Positions 30,914 to 42,128 are shown, numbered from the stretch's first letter. The stretch: 64,000 nt of DNA from an uncultured Clostridia bacterium (GCA_934169925.1 CAKPOO010000004.1:65604-129603), one strand, 5' to 3'. Notes: generated from the letters alone by a model not told the origin. A program made the numbers and translations.

Positions 30914-31645
30914 CTACTTTACTATGACTACACTAAAATCGCCATATTGTTTTAAATTTTCTATAATCATTGCTGTATCCTTATCAATTTTTATTAATAC
31001 TGTATCTATCAACTTTTCATCTTGAGTTAAATTGTTATAACTTTTAGAAATATCTACACCATTTTTGTTATATATGCCTTTGATATCCACATTTTCCACA
31101 ACATTTAAGGTTATATAGCTAGTAGCACCACTTTTTGAACTAACTATACTACTTTTTTCTAACTTACTGACTACATCATATGCATATTCAGATTTTCCTG
31201 TATAAATTAAATTTATAATACTACCTTTTTTTATTTGATATGAAGCTAAATTTTCAGAATTTTTTAAATTTATTGACATTAAAACTTCATTATTTTCAAC
31301 TAAAATAAATTCACTATCATCTAAAAAATCACTATTTTTTAATAGATTTCCTTTTTTTACATTTTCATTTAAAGTACAATTTTTTATACTACTAAACTCT
31401 GTTATATACTGATCTTTCACATTATTATTTACAAGCGCTAACTTAGTAACCATATTTTCATTTATTTTAATTCCTTTTTCAAAATCTTCATTAAAAACAT
31501 ACACATATTCTATCTTCTTGTTATAATTAAAGTAATTATACAAAGACTTAACCATAAAAAATAATCCAAAAGCTATTAATATAACAATAAAATATTTTCT
31601 ATATTTCATTAAAATCCCATATTGATCAAAGATGAAGTAAACCAA
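30914..31645 (-). CDS. CpaB/RcpC-like Flp pilus assembly protein (putative)
   Basis: N-terminal TM followed by a SAF-like region; position next to the pilin. Confidence 0.4.
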   Translation of the reverse strand: MVYFIFDQYGILMKYRKYFIVILIAFGLFFMVKSLYNYFNYNKKIEYVYVFNEDFEKGIKINENMVTKLALVNNNVKDQYITEFSSIKNCTLNENVKKGNLLKNSDFLDDSEFILVENNEVLMSINLKNSENLASYQIKKGSIINLIYTGKSEYAYDVVSKLEKSSIVSSKSGATSYITLNVVENVDIKGIYNKNGVDISKSYNNLTQDEKLIDTVLIKIDKDTAMIIENLKQYGDFSVVIVK

Positions 31646-31821
31646 CCTGAAATAGATGCAAGTGTGTTAGTAATTAAGCCTTGAATTGCTGGGAAAAATA
31701 TAGTAACTATAACTACTGCAAGTACTGCAATTAAAAGCAAAGTTTCTGCTGTAGCAATACCCTTTTTATTTTTTAATTTTTTATTTTTTTTAATTATTTT
31801 TTCTTTTTTATCCTTTTTCAT
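31609..31821 (-). CDS. Flp/type IVb-like prepilin (70 aa)
   Basis: Basic leader ...KNKKG | IATAETLLLIAVLAVVIV; Glu at +5 after the cleavage-site Gly; short mature peptide. Confidence 0.6.
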   Translation of the reverse strand: MKKDKKEKIIKKNKKLKNKKGIATAETLLLIAVLAVVIVTIFFPAIQGLITNTLASISGWFTSSLINMGF

Positions 31822-31841
31822 TTTTCTCCTTTCTAAAAAAA

Positions 31842-32675
31842 TTACTTAAACATAATCTCAAAATTACTAATAATTTGGTTTAGTATTGGATACATCATAA
31901 GAAGTAATGTATTTAGTAACACTACAAAAATAACAATTATTAATAATAATGATTTTTTTGACATTTTAAATTTAACAAATTTAAAATATGAAAGTTCCAA
32001 AGAATCTAAAAAATTTTCTAACATTTTAATTATATTTCCATTTTTTTGATTTTGTATTAAAATAGATAAAAACATATTTAATTCATAAGAGTTGAATTTT
32101 TCTTTTAAAATTTGTGATGCACTTTCTATATTAAAATTATACAATTGATAATTTGATACAAAAGTTGCATATTCATTTTTGAATCTATTATATTTTACAG
32201 AATTAATTGATAATTTTAACGAATCATATAAAGATAAATTTGCAGACAATGATAGAATTAAATTTTGAACAATGTTTCCAATTTCATTTATTAAATAAAT
32301 AGACTCTTGTTTTACATATGCTTTTATAACAATATCTGGTAACAAGAAAAAAAGAATAAAAATAATAATTGATGCAAAAATATTATGATAATTAATTAAA
32401 ATAAATAAGAATAAAAAGCTAGATATAATATATTTTATAACTATATATCTTTTCAAACTAAATCCATACGGATAACCTAAATTAAATAAATATCTAGATT
32501 TTTGATTAAATCCCATTTTAAATATTAGATCTTCTTTTTTTAATTCTTTGGAATTACTATCAATAACATATTTACGTTTTAGTAAAACACTAAAATACAT
32601 AACCATGTTATACGATAATATTAAAGAAAATAAAATTAATATTATTTCCTCATAAATATAATCACCTCCTTGCAT
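31842..32675 (-). CDS. TadB/TadC (GspF-family) inner-membrane platform protein (putative)
   Basis: TM, a ~100-aa cytoplasmic helical domain, then C-terminal TMs; sits immediately upstream of the pilin. Confidence 0.45.
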   Translation of the reverse strand: MQGGDYIYEEIILILFSLILSYNMVMYFSVLLKRKYVIDSNSKELKKEDLIFKMGFNQKSRYLFNLGYPYGFSLKRYIVIKYIISSFLFLFILINYHNIFASIIIFILFFLLPDIVIKAYVKQESIYLINEIGNIVQNLILSLSANLSLYDSLKLSINSVKYNRFKNEYATFVSNYQLYNFNIESASQILKEKFNSYELNMFLSILIQNQKNGNIIKMLENFLDSLELSYFKFVKFKMSKKSLLLIIVIFVVLLNTLLLMMYPILNQIISNFEIMFK

Positions 32676-32765
32676 AAAAAATATATCATCTGCTCCTTAT
32701 TACGTCAAGAAAATTCCATCGCGTAATTCGACAAAAATAAAAAGATTTAATCTAAACTTTGTTTA

Positions 32766-32794
32766 TTGATAATTAATTATTTATTTGATATAAT
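32766..32794 (+). promoter_or_regulatory. Sigma-A promoter for the HD-GYP gene
   Basis: TTGATA, 17 nt, TATAAT. Confidence 0.55.
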
Positions 32795-32814
32795 CACAAT
32801 TGGTGATGAGATAA

Positions 32815-33846
32815 ATGGGAAATGAAGACTATGAAAAAATTACAAGTGCTAATATTATGATAATAGATGAAGATGTTAATATGATGGAAGTTTTATCTGC
32901 CGTTTTGAAAAAATATGGTCATGTTGTTAAAGCGTATACAGAACCAATATCTGCAATTGAAGAATTAAAATCTCAAAAATATGATATTTTAATAGTTAAT
33001 TACTTAATGTCTACTGTAAACGGAGATAAAATAATTGAGCTTGTAAGAGAATTTGATAAAGAAATTTATATAATTCTTATGTCTATGCATAAAGATCTAG
33101 CTCTTTCTATGGATGATATGCGTAACTTAGATATACAAGCTTACTTTGAAAAAAGTTCAAGATTTGACCAACTAGTTATGTTTGTACAAGGTGGTATTAA
33201 ATATATTGAACAACTTAAAAATATAAAAAAAATGAACTTGCAATTAGAACACTATTTAGTTGATTTTGCATCTATATTACTAAAAACTATAGAAGCAAAA
33301 GACCACTTTACAGAAGAACATTCATATAGAGTTTCTAATATGTGTGCTTTATTTGCAGACTACATAAATCTTACACCTAAAGAAAAAAATGATTTAGTAA
33401 CAGCTGCTAAATTCCATGATGTAGGAAAAATAGGAGTACCCGATTCTGTGTTAATGAAAGAAGGTAAATTAACAAATGAAGAATATGAAACCATGAAATT
33501 ACATACTGTCATTGGTGCAAGCATTTTCTCTACCTCTGATATTTTTAAAGATGTTACTCCAATTATAAAAGGACATCATGAAAGAGTTGATGGAAAAGGT
33601 TATCCTGATAAATTAAAATCAGATCAAATTTCAAAATTAACAAAAATGCTTACTTTATGTGATTCTTTTGATGCAATTGTTTCTAAAAGAGTATATAAAG
33701 ATGCAAAAAGTGTTGAAGATGCATTAAAAGAAATAGATAAAAATTCAGGTAAACAATTTGATTCATATTTAGCATATAAATTTATAGATATGGTAAATGA
33801 AAATAGAGAAGTAGTAGACAAAATAATCGAAAAGAAGAAAGAATAA
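32815..33846 (+). CDS. Response-regulator-like HD-GYP phosphodiesterase (putative c-di-GMP PDE) with a degenerate receiver
   Basis: HD...HHERVDGKGYP motif. N-terminal REC-like domain with Asn (ILIVNYLM) where the phospho-acceptor Asp is expected. Confidence 0.8.
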   Translation: MGNEDYEKITSANIMIIDEDVNMMEVLSAVLKKYGHVVKAYTEPISAIEELKSQKYDILIVNYLMSTVNGDKIIELVREFDKEIYIILMSMHKDLALSMDDMRNLDIQAYFEKSSRFDQLVMFVQGGIKYIEQLKNIKKMNLQLEHYLVDFASILLKTIEAKDHFTEEHSYRVSNMCALFADYINLTPKEKNDLVTAAKFHDVGKIGVPDSVLMKEGKLTNEEYETMKLHTVIGASIFSTSDIFKDVTPIIKGHHERVDGKGYPDKLKSDQISKLTKMLTLCDSFDAIVSKRVYKDAKSVEDALKEIDKNSGKQFDSYLAYKFIDMVNENREVVDKIIEKKKE

Positions 33847-33873
33847 AGAGTTTGGTAATTTACTAAACTCTTT

Positions 33874-34530
33874 TTATTCTATATATATAGCTATTGCTTT
33901 TAAAATTTTTTTATCATCTCTTAATTCTCTAGAATTCATCATATACCCAATTACATTTACTTTACATTCCATTTCAGATAACAAATCAATATCTCCTTGA
34001 AGCATATCTTTTTCATACCATATAAAAGTATCATCAATCATGAAAAAAGAATTATTTTTTGTTATAGTTTCTGCACTCAAATCATCTCTATATCTATTTA
34101 CTTTTATATATCCACATAAATTATATATTCTATCTGAATTTTCTTCTCTAGTTAAATTTTGATTTACTTTATCTAGTAAAGTATGATAAAAATTATTGTT
34201 TTTTATTTCAGTAATATCTTCAATATTAAGATATTTTTTTTGTGTTTGAGTGTTATATGAACTAGAACTTCCATAAGACATATCTACTTTTTTTCTATTG
34301 CCTTTTTCATCTTTACACCCTTCATTTAATTTTTCTTCTTCTTTTTTTTCATCGCAAAAATTCTCATTGCGAAACATATTTTCAACTCCAGGGTTTAGAG
34401 CAAAATTATTATTAGTTGTTGTACTATTAGTAACAGTAAATTCAAAAACATTTATATCAAAATCCACAGTTGTTATTGTTGAAAAAAGTCTTTTTAAAAA
34501 TTCTTTATCCAAATACATGTAATATCTCAT
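33874..34530 (-). CDS. Hypothetical protein
   Basis: ORF only; low-complexity N/T-rich region. Confidence 0.4.
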   Translation of the reverse strand: MRYYMYLDKEFLKRLFSTITTVDFDINVFEFTVTNSTTTNNNFALNPGVENMFRNENFCDEKKEEEKLNEGCKDEKGNRKKVDMSYGSSSSYNTQTQKKYLNIEDITEIKNNNFYHTLLDKVNQNLTREENSDRIYNLCGYIKVNRYRDDLSAETITKNNSFFMIDDTFIWYEKDMLQGDIDLLSEMECKVNVIGYMMNSRELRDDKKILKAIAIYIE

Positions 34531-34593
34531 TTTTCCCCTCTAAAACATACACTATCTTCTATTATTATATTTTAAAAATTTATTTATATTAAA

Positions 34594-35181
34594 CTATATG
34601 CATATATCATTTTCAATATTTAAAAATTTACTTTCTCCTATACCTGGTACATTCATTATATCTTCTATACTTTGAAAACTTTGTTCCTTTCTATAATTAA
34701 TTATCTTTTGTGCAGTTTGTTCTCCTATTCCATCTAATGTTTTTAATTCTTCTAATGTTGCAGTATTAATATTTATTTTATCTTTTTCTAAATTATTTTC
34801 TTCATTTTCAATATTTTCTGTTTCATCTTTTTTTGCTAAAATATTTATCATATCTGAATCACTTAATTTCTTAGATAAATTAAGACTAGATACATCTGCA
34901 TCTTGTGTAACTCCACCACATAAATCTAGCAACTGATACAGCCTTGAACCTGAATCTAAATAATATACGCCAGGATTTTTTACACAACCTATAACATACA
35001 CAGCAATATCATTTGAATCTTTTGAACTTATTTTACTTACACTCATTCTATCATTTTTATCGCTCATTTGTATAAAAATAGAAATTGACGAAATAATTAT
35101 TATTGAAAAGCAAAATGCTATAGTTTTATTTTTTATTATTAATTTTTTTATATCATTTAATTTTGAAAAAAATTTTTTCAT
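34594..35181 (-). CDS. comEA: Competence protein ComEA (SLBB + tandem HhH)
   Basis: C-terminal INTATLEELKTLDGIGEQTAQKII...VPGIGESKF and an SLBB region. Confidence 0.85.
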   Translation of the reverse strand: MKKFFSKLNDIKKLIIKNKTIAFCFSIIIISSISIFIQMSDKNDRMSVSKISSKDSNDIAVYVIGCVKNPGVYYLDSGSRLYQLLDLCGGVTQDADVSSLNLSKKLSDSDMINILAKKDETENIENEENNLEKDKININTATLEELKTLDGIGEQTAQKIINYRKEQSFQSIEDIMNVPGIGESKFLNIENDICI

Positions 35182-35258
35182 TTTATCACTCCTTTTTCAT
35201 AATTTTTGTATATTTTTTATATAATACTTAATAAATATTATCAGAGGTTACTTCTTAT

Positions 35259-36641
35259 ATGAAAATATTAAATTTTTTATTTTTTACATGTATTTGTATA
35301 CTCATACCTTTTAGTTTTTCGTTTGTTTATGCAAATAATGATTATACAAATTTTGATAACGAACTTTACTGTATGAGCGATATTGCAATGGATTTAGAAA
35401 CAGAAGATATACTTTATTCCAAAAATGAGGATTTAAAAATCTATCCAGCAAGTACTACAAAAATATTAACTGCTTTAATTGTAATTGAAAATTTAGATCT
35501 CGAAAAAAAAGTCATAATTACAAAAGATGAAGTAGATATGATTCCATATAACAGCTCTGTTATGGGGATTAAAACAGGAGAAATCTTTTCAGTAGAACAG
35601 TTATTATATGGACTATTATTACCTAGTGGAAATGATGCTGCCATAGTGCTTGCAAAAGAAACAGCCGGAAATGTTGAAAATTTTGTAAATTTAATGAATG
35701 AAAAATGTAGTAAACTTGGTCTTACAAACACACATTTTTGCAATCCACATGGATATCATGATGAAAATCACTACTCAACGGCAAAAGATATGGCAAAATT
35801 ATTTAAAACTTGTATGCAAAACGATGTTTTTGTAAAAATTATTTCTTCACTTTCATACAAGATTGAAAAAACAAATCTAAGTGACGAAAAAATATTAGTT
35901 AATTCAGCTAAAATACTAAATCCATCATATTCTGGAATATATAATAAATATATAAAAGGTGGAAAAACTGGATATACTATAGAAGCTAATGGGACATTTA
36001 TTGGATATGCTCAAAAAGAAAACAAAAAAATAATAATAGGATGTTTTAATGGATTGCAAAATATAAATGGATATCAAGGAAGATTTTTAGATGCAACAAA
36101 ATTAACAGATTATATTTTTAAAAACTATGATACTACTACTTTAGTAGAAAAAAATTCTTTGTGTCTTAAAATACCAGATAAATATAAAAAATTAGCATAT
36201 ACAGTAACACTAAATGATGATATAAACGTTTTAAAAAATATAAATGATACAAAATATGAAAATTTTTCATATGATATAAATATTGATTTTAATAAAATTG
36301 ATAATGTAGCAAACAATATTGAAAGTACTGATTTTAATAATGTAGAATGTGGTTTTATTACTTTCTTTTTAAATAAAGATAATCAAACTTTAAGTATCAA
36401 GAAAAAGTTATACTTAACCAAAATAGAAATTCAAAAAAATAATACAGTATTCTTATCAATTTTTTATGTTTCTATTATTCTAATAATCTTAATTTATACA
36501 ATAATAAAATTAAAAAAAATATTTAGAGTTAAACATAATGAAAAAAATTATATAAAAAATATTGAAAGTAAAAAACATCAAAAGATAAAAAAATCCTCTT
36601 CAAAAATGATAAAATCAATAGAAAAATATGTAAGATTCTAA
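35259..36641 (+). CDS. D-alanyl-D-alanine carboxypeptidase (PBP5/DacA-like, S11)
   Basis: SxxK (ASTTK), SGN (LPSGNDAA), KTG (KGGKTGYT); C-terminal TM anchor. Confidence 0.85.
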   Translation: MKILNFLFFTCICILIPFSFSFVYANNDYTNFDNELYCMSDIAMDLETEDILYSKNEDLKIYPASTTKILTALIVIENLDLEKKVIITKDEVDMIPYNSSVMGIKTGEIFSVEQLLYGLLLPSGNDAAIVLAKETAGNVENFVNLMNEKCSKLGLTNTHFCNPHGYHDENHYSTAKDMAKLFKTCMQNDVFVKIISSLSYKIEKTNLSDEKILVNSAKILNPSYSGIYNKYIKGGKTGYTIEANGTFIGYAQKENKKIIIGCFNGLQNINGYQGRFLDATKLTDYIFKNYDTTTLVEKNSLCLKIPDKYKKLAYTVTLNDDINVLKNINDTKYENFSYDINIDFNKIDNVANNIESTDFNNVECGFITFFLNKDNQTLSIKKKLYLTKIEIQKNNTVFLSIFYVSIILIILIYTIIKLKKIFRVKHNEKNYIKNIESKKHQKIKKSSSKMIKSIEKYVRF

Positions 36642-36702
36642 TATTATTATGATAAATGTAATCTATAATAAATAGACTACATTTATCATTTTTTATAATT
36701 TA

Positions 36703-37353
36703 TTATATTTTAAATTCTCCTTTTAAAACATTAACTATTACATTGTTATCATATACAATTTTTGTAATTTTTGTTTCTTCAATACTATCTTGTAATTTTG
36801 ATACAAAAGGTATAAAGCTAACAAAGTATATAATTGAAAAAGCAACCCAGAATTTAAAAATTGTTTTTAAAATATTTGCTACAACGCCACCAATATCATT
36901 AACAACATTTAATATTGGTAAATCAAAAAATATATTTAAAATCATTGTTAACATATAACAAATAATAAAAACTAAAATAAAAATTCCAACAAAAGATACC
37001 GCTTTTAAAATAATATTTGTAATATTTTGTGCTACACTAGTAGACATATCTTCTTGTATTTTATCAACATCAACAAAGTTTTCAACAAAGCTCTTTTCTT
37101 GGCTAGTTTCTGCTTCTTCTGTTTTATTATCAACTTCATCTTGAACTATATTAGAAATTTTTTCTTCAAGCATTGTGCCTACTCCTGATTGCTTTAAATA
37201 ATTAGTTAAAGGTGTTTGTAAGATTAGAGCTGCAATAATTGCAATTACTAAACTAACAACGCTCATTAAAATTCCAACTAATCCTTTTTTAAAACCAATA
37301 AATCCACTAAGTACAACTAAAGCCACAAAAATTATATCTATTACTACACTCAT
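36703..37353 (-). CDS. cvpA: CvpA-family membrane protein
   Basis: N-terminal TM pair typical of CvpA. Confidence 0.6.
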   Translation of the reverse strand: MSVVIDIIFVALVVLSGFIGFKKGLVGILMSVVSLVIAIIAALILQTPLTNYLKQSGVGTMLEEKISNIVQDEVDNKTEEAETSQEKSFVENFVDVDKIQEDMSTSVAQNITNIILKAVSFVGIFILVFIICYMLTMILNIFFDLPILNVVNDIGGVVANILKTIFKFWVAFSIIYFVSFIPFVSKLQDSIEETKITKIVYDNNVIVNVLKGEFKI

Positions 37354-37362
37354 TTTTCCCTC

Positions 37363-38718
37363 CTAGATATTTACCACATCAATCTTATTGCTATATATTA
37401 AAGCTACGGTTTTTCCATTATTAAATAATACAATATTTTTAGGGTACAATTTTGTATTTATTTCTTTTATTTTTATTCCCCATTTATTATATATTTTAAC
37501 ATTATTTTGATATACCAAGTAATTTAAATATCCCATGCTTTTTACCATCATAGGTGATGTTTCTATATTATTACTAGATATATTTTCATTTAAATATGAA
37601 CTAGTATCAAAATAGTATGAATTACTTTCCTCTTCATCTAATGCTTTATATACTACTGAATAATATGTATCTGAAATATCATAAAATAGCAACTGTGATT
37701 TTTCAAATTCTTTTATTTTTTTAAATTCATTTGTTTGTATATTAAAAGTGTAAATTGCAGAACTAGTTATAAAATTAATTTTATTATCAATTCTTAATAC
37801 GTTAAATACAATATCATTTTCAATTGTATATATATCCTTGCTTTCTTGTGAGCTTGATGTTAAATCAAAGCTTAATATTTTTGTACCTGCGTTATATGAA
37901 GTTGAAATTACTTTTGTAAGTATAAGTTTATTAGCATTTCCTAAAATTTGAATATTTATAATTGCATCTGAATCTAAGTAAATTTCAGATAAACAATTTC
38001 CTTTTTTATCAAATGTAGCTATAACTTTTTTATAACCACTTGTACTATATTCAACTGCAAAATTTCCATATTCATCAATATATATATTATTTATAGTTCC
38101 TTCTATTTTTTTATTTAAAATCTCTTTTTTCTGATAGAAAAGATAAATATATCCAGATGTATTATTTGAAACTATCATATAATTATCTTCTACATATATA
38201 TTTGGAACAAAACTTTGCTCTAGGTTATAATTCCAAGTTAATTTTCCTTTTTTGTTATATGTAAACAATTGTTGATTTGAATATACTAACAATTCATCCA
38301 TATAATTATCATATATATTATCATCATTTGTTACTATATCTAATGTAACACTTTTGCCATCTAAATTTAAATTTATTCCAAAGATTGAAGCATATTTAAA
38401 AAAGAAATAAATTAATATTATACTAATAATTAATACTAAAGTAAGAATAAACTTTGAAAGATCAAATTTTTTCTCTTCTTTTTGATTAGTATTTTGTTCT
38501 AATTCTTCTTTTAGCTCTTTTGTTGTTTTTCCAATTCTACTATTTCTTAAAACATTGCTTTTTGCTTTAGAATTATTTAACATTTCTATATTTTTATTAG
38601 TTTTTTCTTCTTCTTTTTTTAATTCTTTTTTATATTCATCTGTGCCTTTTCTTGGAACATTTTTTTTACTATTATATTCTATATTACTATAGACTTTACT
38701 ATTCTTCTTTTTTTTCAT
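37363..38718 (-). CDS. Membrane-anchored hypothetical protein (451 aa)
   Basis: Charged N-terminus, single TM, large extracytoplasmic domain. Translationally coupled to rarA. Confidence 0.45.
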   Translation of the reverse strand: MKKKKNSKVYSNIEYNSKKNVPRKGTDEYKKELKKEEEKTNKNIEMLNNSKAKSNVLRNSRIGKTTKELKEELEQNTNQKEEKKFDLSKFILTLVLIISIILIYFFFKYASIFGINLNLDGKSVTLDIVTNDDNIYDNYMDELLVYSNQQLFTYNKKGKLTWNYNLEQSFVPNIYVEDNYMIVSNNTSGYIYLFYQKKEILNKKIEGTINNIYIDEYGNFAVEYSTSGYKKVIATFDKKGNCLSEIYLDSDAIINIQILGNANKLILTKVISTSYNAGTKILSFDLTSSSQESKDIYTIENDIVFNVLRIDNKINFITSSAIYTFNIQTNEFKKIKEFEKSQLLFYDISDTYYSVVYKALDEEESNSYYFDTSSYLNENISSNNIETSPMMVKSMGYLNYLVYQNNVKIYNKWGIKIKEINTKLYPKNIVLFNNGKTVALIYSNKIDVVNI

Positions 38719-39968
38719 ATATTTTCACCTAAGTTTTTCTCCCAATCTTTAGGAATAAAATATTTTTTATCTTTTAAAGCATCAGGCAAATATTGTTGTT
38801 CTACAAACCCATTTTCATAGTTATGTGGATATTTATAATCTACACCATATCCAAACTTTTCCATTCCTGAAATTTCAGCATTTCTTAAATGCATAGGAAC
38901 AGTTCCAATATCAATATTTTTTACATCTTCTATTGCTGCATTAATTCCCATATATGATGTATTTGATTTTTTACTTAAAGCAACTGTAAGTGCAGCTTGA
39001 GCAAGTATAATTCTGCTTTCTGGCATTCCAATTTGACTTACAGCATACATTGCATTAGTTGCAACCAAAAGTGCATTGTTATTTGCAAGCCCTACATCTT
39101 CTGATGCTTGTATTACAATTCTTCTAGCAATAAACATTGGATCTTCTCCACCTTCAATTAATCTTGCTAAATAATGCAAAGTGGCATCTGGATCTGAACC
39201 TCTCATTGATTTTATAAATGCTGATATTATATCATAATGAGAGTCATCACTTTTATCATAAATTACCTTCTTTTGTGTAATACAATTTTTAACCACGTCT
39301 TTAGTTATAACAATTTTTCCATCTTCATTCATATCTGTTGTTAAAACTGCAAGTTCTAAAGAATTTAATGCTGTTCTTACATCTCCTCCTGAAAATTTTG
39401 CAAAAACTTTTAAAACATCATCTGTAATTTCAATATTATAATTTCCAAGACCATTTTCTTTATCATCAATACATTTCTTTAATATTTTAAATACATCTTC
39501 ATCTTTTAACTCATTAAACTTAAAGATTGTAGATCTTGACAATAATGCTTTATTAATTGAAAAAAATGGATTCTCAGTTGTAGCACCTATAAGTATAACT
39601 GTACCTTTTTCAACATGTGGTAATAATGCATCCTGTTGTAATTTGTTAAATCTATGTATTTCATCAATAAATAAAATTACTTTACCTGTTGGATTATCAA
39701 ATATATTTTGAGCTTTTTCAACAACTGCTTTTATATCTGATACTCCAGCTGTAGTCGCATTTAAAATTACAAATTTATTTTTTGTTGTTTTTGCAATAAT
39801 TCTTGCAAGAGAAGTTTTACCACAACCAGGTGGACCCCAAAAGATTGCTGATGTTAATTTGTCTGCTTTTATAAGTCTATATAATAATTTATCTTTTCCT
39901 ACTATATCTTCTTGACCATAAAAATCATCTAATGATTTTGGTCTTACTCTATATGCTAATGGTTCCAT
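38715..39968 (-). CDS. rarA: Replication-associated recombination protein A (RarA/MgsA)
   Basis: AAA+ Walker A GPPGCGKTS plus the RarA C-terminal domain. Confidence 0.93.
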   Translation of the reverse strand: MEPLAYRVRPKSLDDFYGQEDIVGKDKLLYRLIKADKLTSAIFWGPPGCGKTSLARIIAKTTKNKFVILNATTAGVSDIKAVVEKAQNIFDNPTGKVILFIDEIHRFNKLQQDALLPHVEKGTVILIGATTENPFFSINKALLSRSTIFKFNELKDEDVFKILKKCIDDKENGLGNYNIEITDDVLKVFAKFSGGDVRTALNSLELAVLTTDMNEDGKIVITKDVVKNCITQKKVIYDKSDDSHYDIISAFIKSMRGSDPDATLHYLARLIEGGEDPMFIARRIVIQASEDVGLANNNALLVATNAMYAVSQIGMPESRIILAQAALTVALSKKSNTSYMGINAAIEDVKNIDIGTVPMHLRNAEISGMEKFGYGVDYKYPHNYENGFVEQQYLPDALKDKKYFIPKDWEKNLGENI

Positions 39969-40093
39969 ATCTACCTCTATAAAATATAATAATTCAAAAA
40001 TATTATACTATACTTTATATCTTCTTTCAAGAATTGAAAAAAAATATGAGAAAATGTTTCATTTCTCATATTTTAATTATTAATTTATTTTAC

Positions 40094-42128
40094 CTAATCA
40101 TTATCATCAGAACCAAAAAGTTCATCAAATTTTTTCTCTAATTCTTTTTGTAAATCAAAGCTATCTTCTTTTGGTTTTCTAACAACTTTAGGTTCAGTTT
40201 CAATTTTAGCAAAAGTTGCCTGCTGCTCAGTGCTTTTTTTATCTGTAAGAGATTCATCAACAAATAAATCATCAAGTGTAGAATCAATAGCTGGATCAGG
40301 TTTTGAGACTCTTTGTTGTAAAATAGCTTTTGCTTTTTCTTCTCTTTTCTTTAAATGTTCTCTTACATCCATTATTTTTATTTCAACATTTTCAGTTTTT
40401 GGCATTTGAGTAATATCTTTAATTTCATATTGTTTTGCAACATTTCTCATAGGATGATATTTAAAATACCAAGCTTTTTTTGCTTTAATTGGTTTTAGTG
40501 TTCTAACAATTATTATTTCTTCATTTGGATCAAGTCTTTTTAATTCATCAATTGTCATTAAGTCTCTACCTTGTTTTTGTTCACTTATATTTACCCCTTG
40601 TTTTTCTTTTTCTTTTTTGTCTTTACTTACTGATTTACTTTTATATTTAATAGTTTTTTGACCAAGAGATTTATTAAAATATTCACAAGTTTTTATTGAC
40701 TGACTTCCTAAGAAAAGTTGTGTATCACAGTTACCAATTATTGTTTCATATTGCTCTTTATATAAAGATTCAAGTTGATCTAAAGCTTGAACAACTATAG
40801 AAATACTAATTCCCATACTTCTAGTTACACTCAATTTTTTATGGAAGTCTGGAATTTGTCCAATATTTGCAAATTCATCAAGTAAGAAATATACTTGTTG
40901 ATTTAAACGTCCACCATTATGATCAGCTTGTAAAAATAGTTTCTGAAGCATTTGGCTAAAAAACATTGTAGAAACAAAATCATATGTACTATCAGATGTT
41001 GATGTTATAACAAATATAGCTAATTTTTTTCTACCTAGATCATCAAAATTAAAACTATTTGATGTTGTAATTCTTTGCATTGCTGGAGTATCAAAAGTAC
41101 TAATCTTAGAAATTGTTGAAATAACAATACTTTGCATTGTTTTATCAGCAGATGTACTAAAGTTTTCATATTCTTTTCTACCTGGATGTTCTGGTTTTAA
41201 TTCTTCCAAGAATAGTTTTTTAAATATTCTATCATCAGCACCACCTGCTCTTATTATATTTAAACAACTTGATATATTTTGTTCTTCTTCCGGTAAAACT
41301 GATATAACATAATATATACAAGCTTTAAGTAACATTTTTGCCGTATCATCCCAGAAAGGATCACTACTTCCAACAGAGCCTTTTTTTGCACCTTGCACAA
41401 TTGTTTCTGCAAGTACATCAACACTTTGGTGATCAATTAAATGTGATAATGGATTATATCTATCACTATATTCTGGATTAACTAAATTAAAAGCTTTTAC
41501 TTCATATCCATTTGCCTTTAAGAATCCTGATGTTTCTCTATATAACTCACCTTTTGGATCTGTTATTACATAAGAACCAAGCATTTGTAAAATATTTGGT
41601 TTTATAAAACATGCAGATTTACCAGCACCAGATCCGTCCTACGACTAATATGTTTTTATTAATCAAAACTTTTTTTAAGTCTGTTCCTAAATAATGATCT
41701 TTACTTAGTATAAATCCTCTTTTTCTATTTAAGATTTCTCTGCCATCACTTGTTTTATTAAATTCTTCACCATTTTTAGCCCAATCACTTGACCCATTTT
41801 CTATATTATCATATTCACCATTACTACTATTTTTAATTTTCCAAGCTATAAATAACACTAACATTATTACAAAAGTATAACCAGTTATATTTAAGAAACT
41901 AGAAAAATTTTCAAAAATACCAGCAAAGAATTTAAAACTTGTTAATGTTGGCATAAAATTATTTGTAACTACAGATATAGTATCAATAGTTGTTGCTCCA
42001 TCACTTACTAATGTTAAACAGTGATTTATTGTTCCACCTATTATTACATCAATTAGTACAAACATGATTAAAAAAGGCATAGCCTCTTGCTTTAATTTGT
42101 TTAATTTACTACTCATATCAAACCTCAA
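40094..42128 (-). pseudogene. VirD4/TraG-family type IV secretion coupling protein, split by a frameshift between the TM domain and the NTPase domain
   Basis: ORF 41619-42128 has 2 TM segments and a GSSDWAKN motif (VirD4 hGsArwA-like). Walker A DGSGAGKSA is readable only in a third frame across 41585-41640. ORF 40094-41584 begins at ...VITDPKGE and has an acidic C-terminal tail. Confidence 0.7.

Noticed and set aside
33624-36958. Short ORFs antisense within the HD-GYP, hypothetical, DacA-like and cvpA genes (33624-33821, 34298-34522, 35441-35743, 36125-36316, 36743-36958)
   Set aside because: Embedded antisense in genes with clear domain support.
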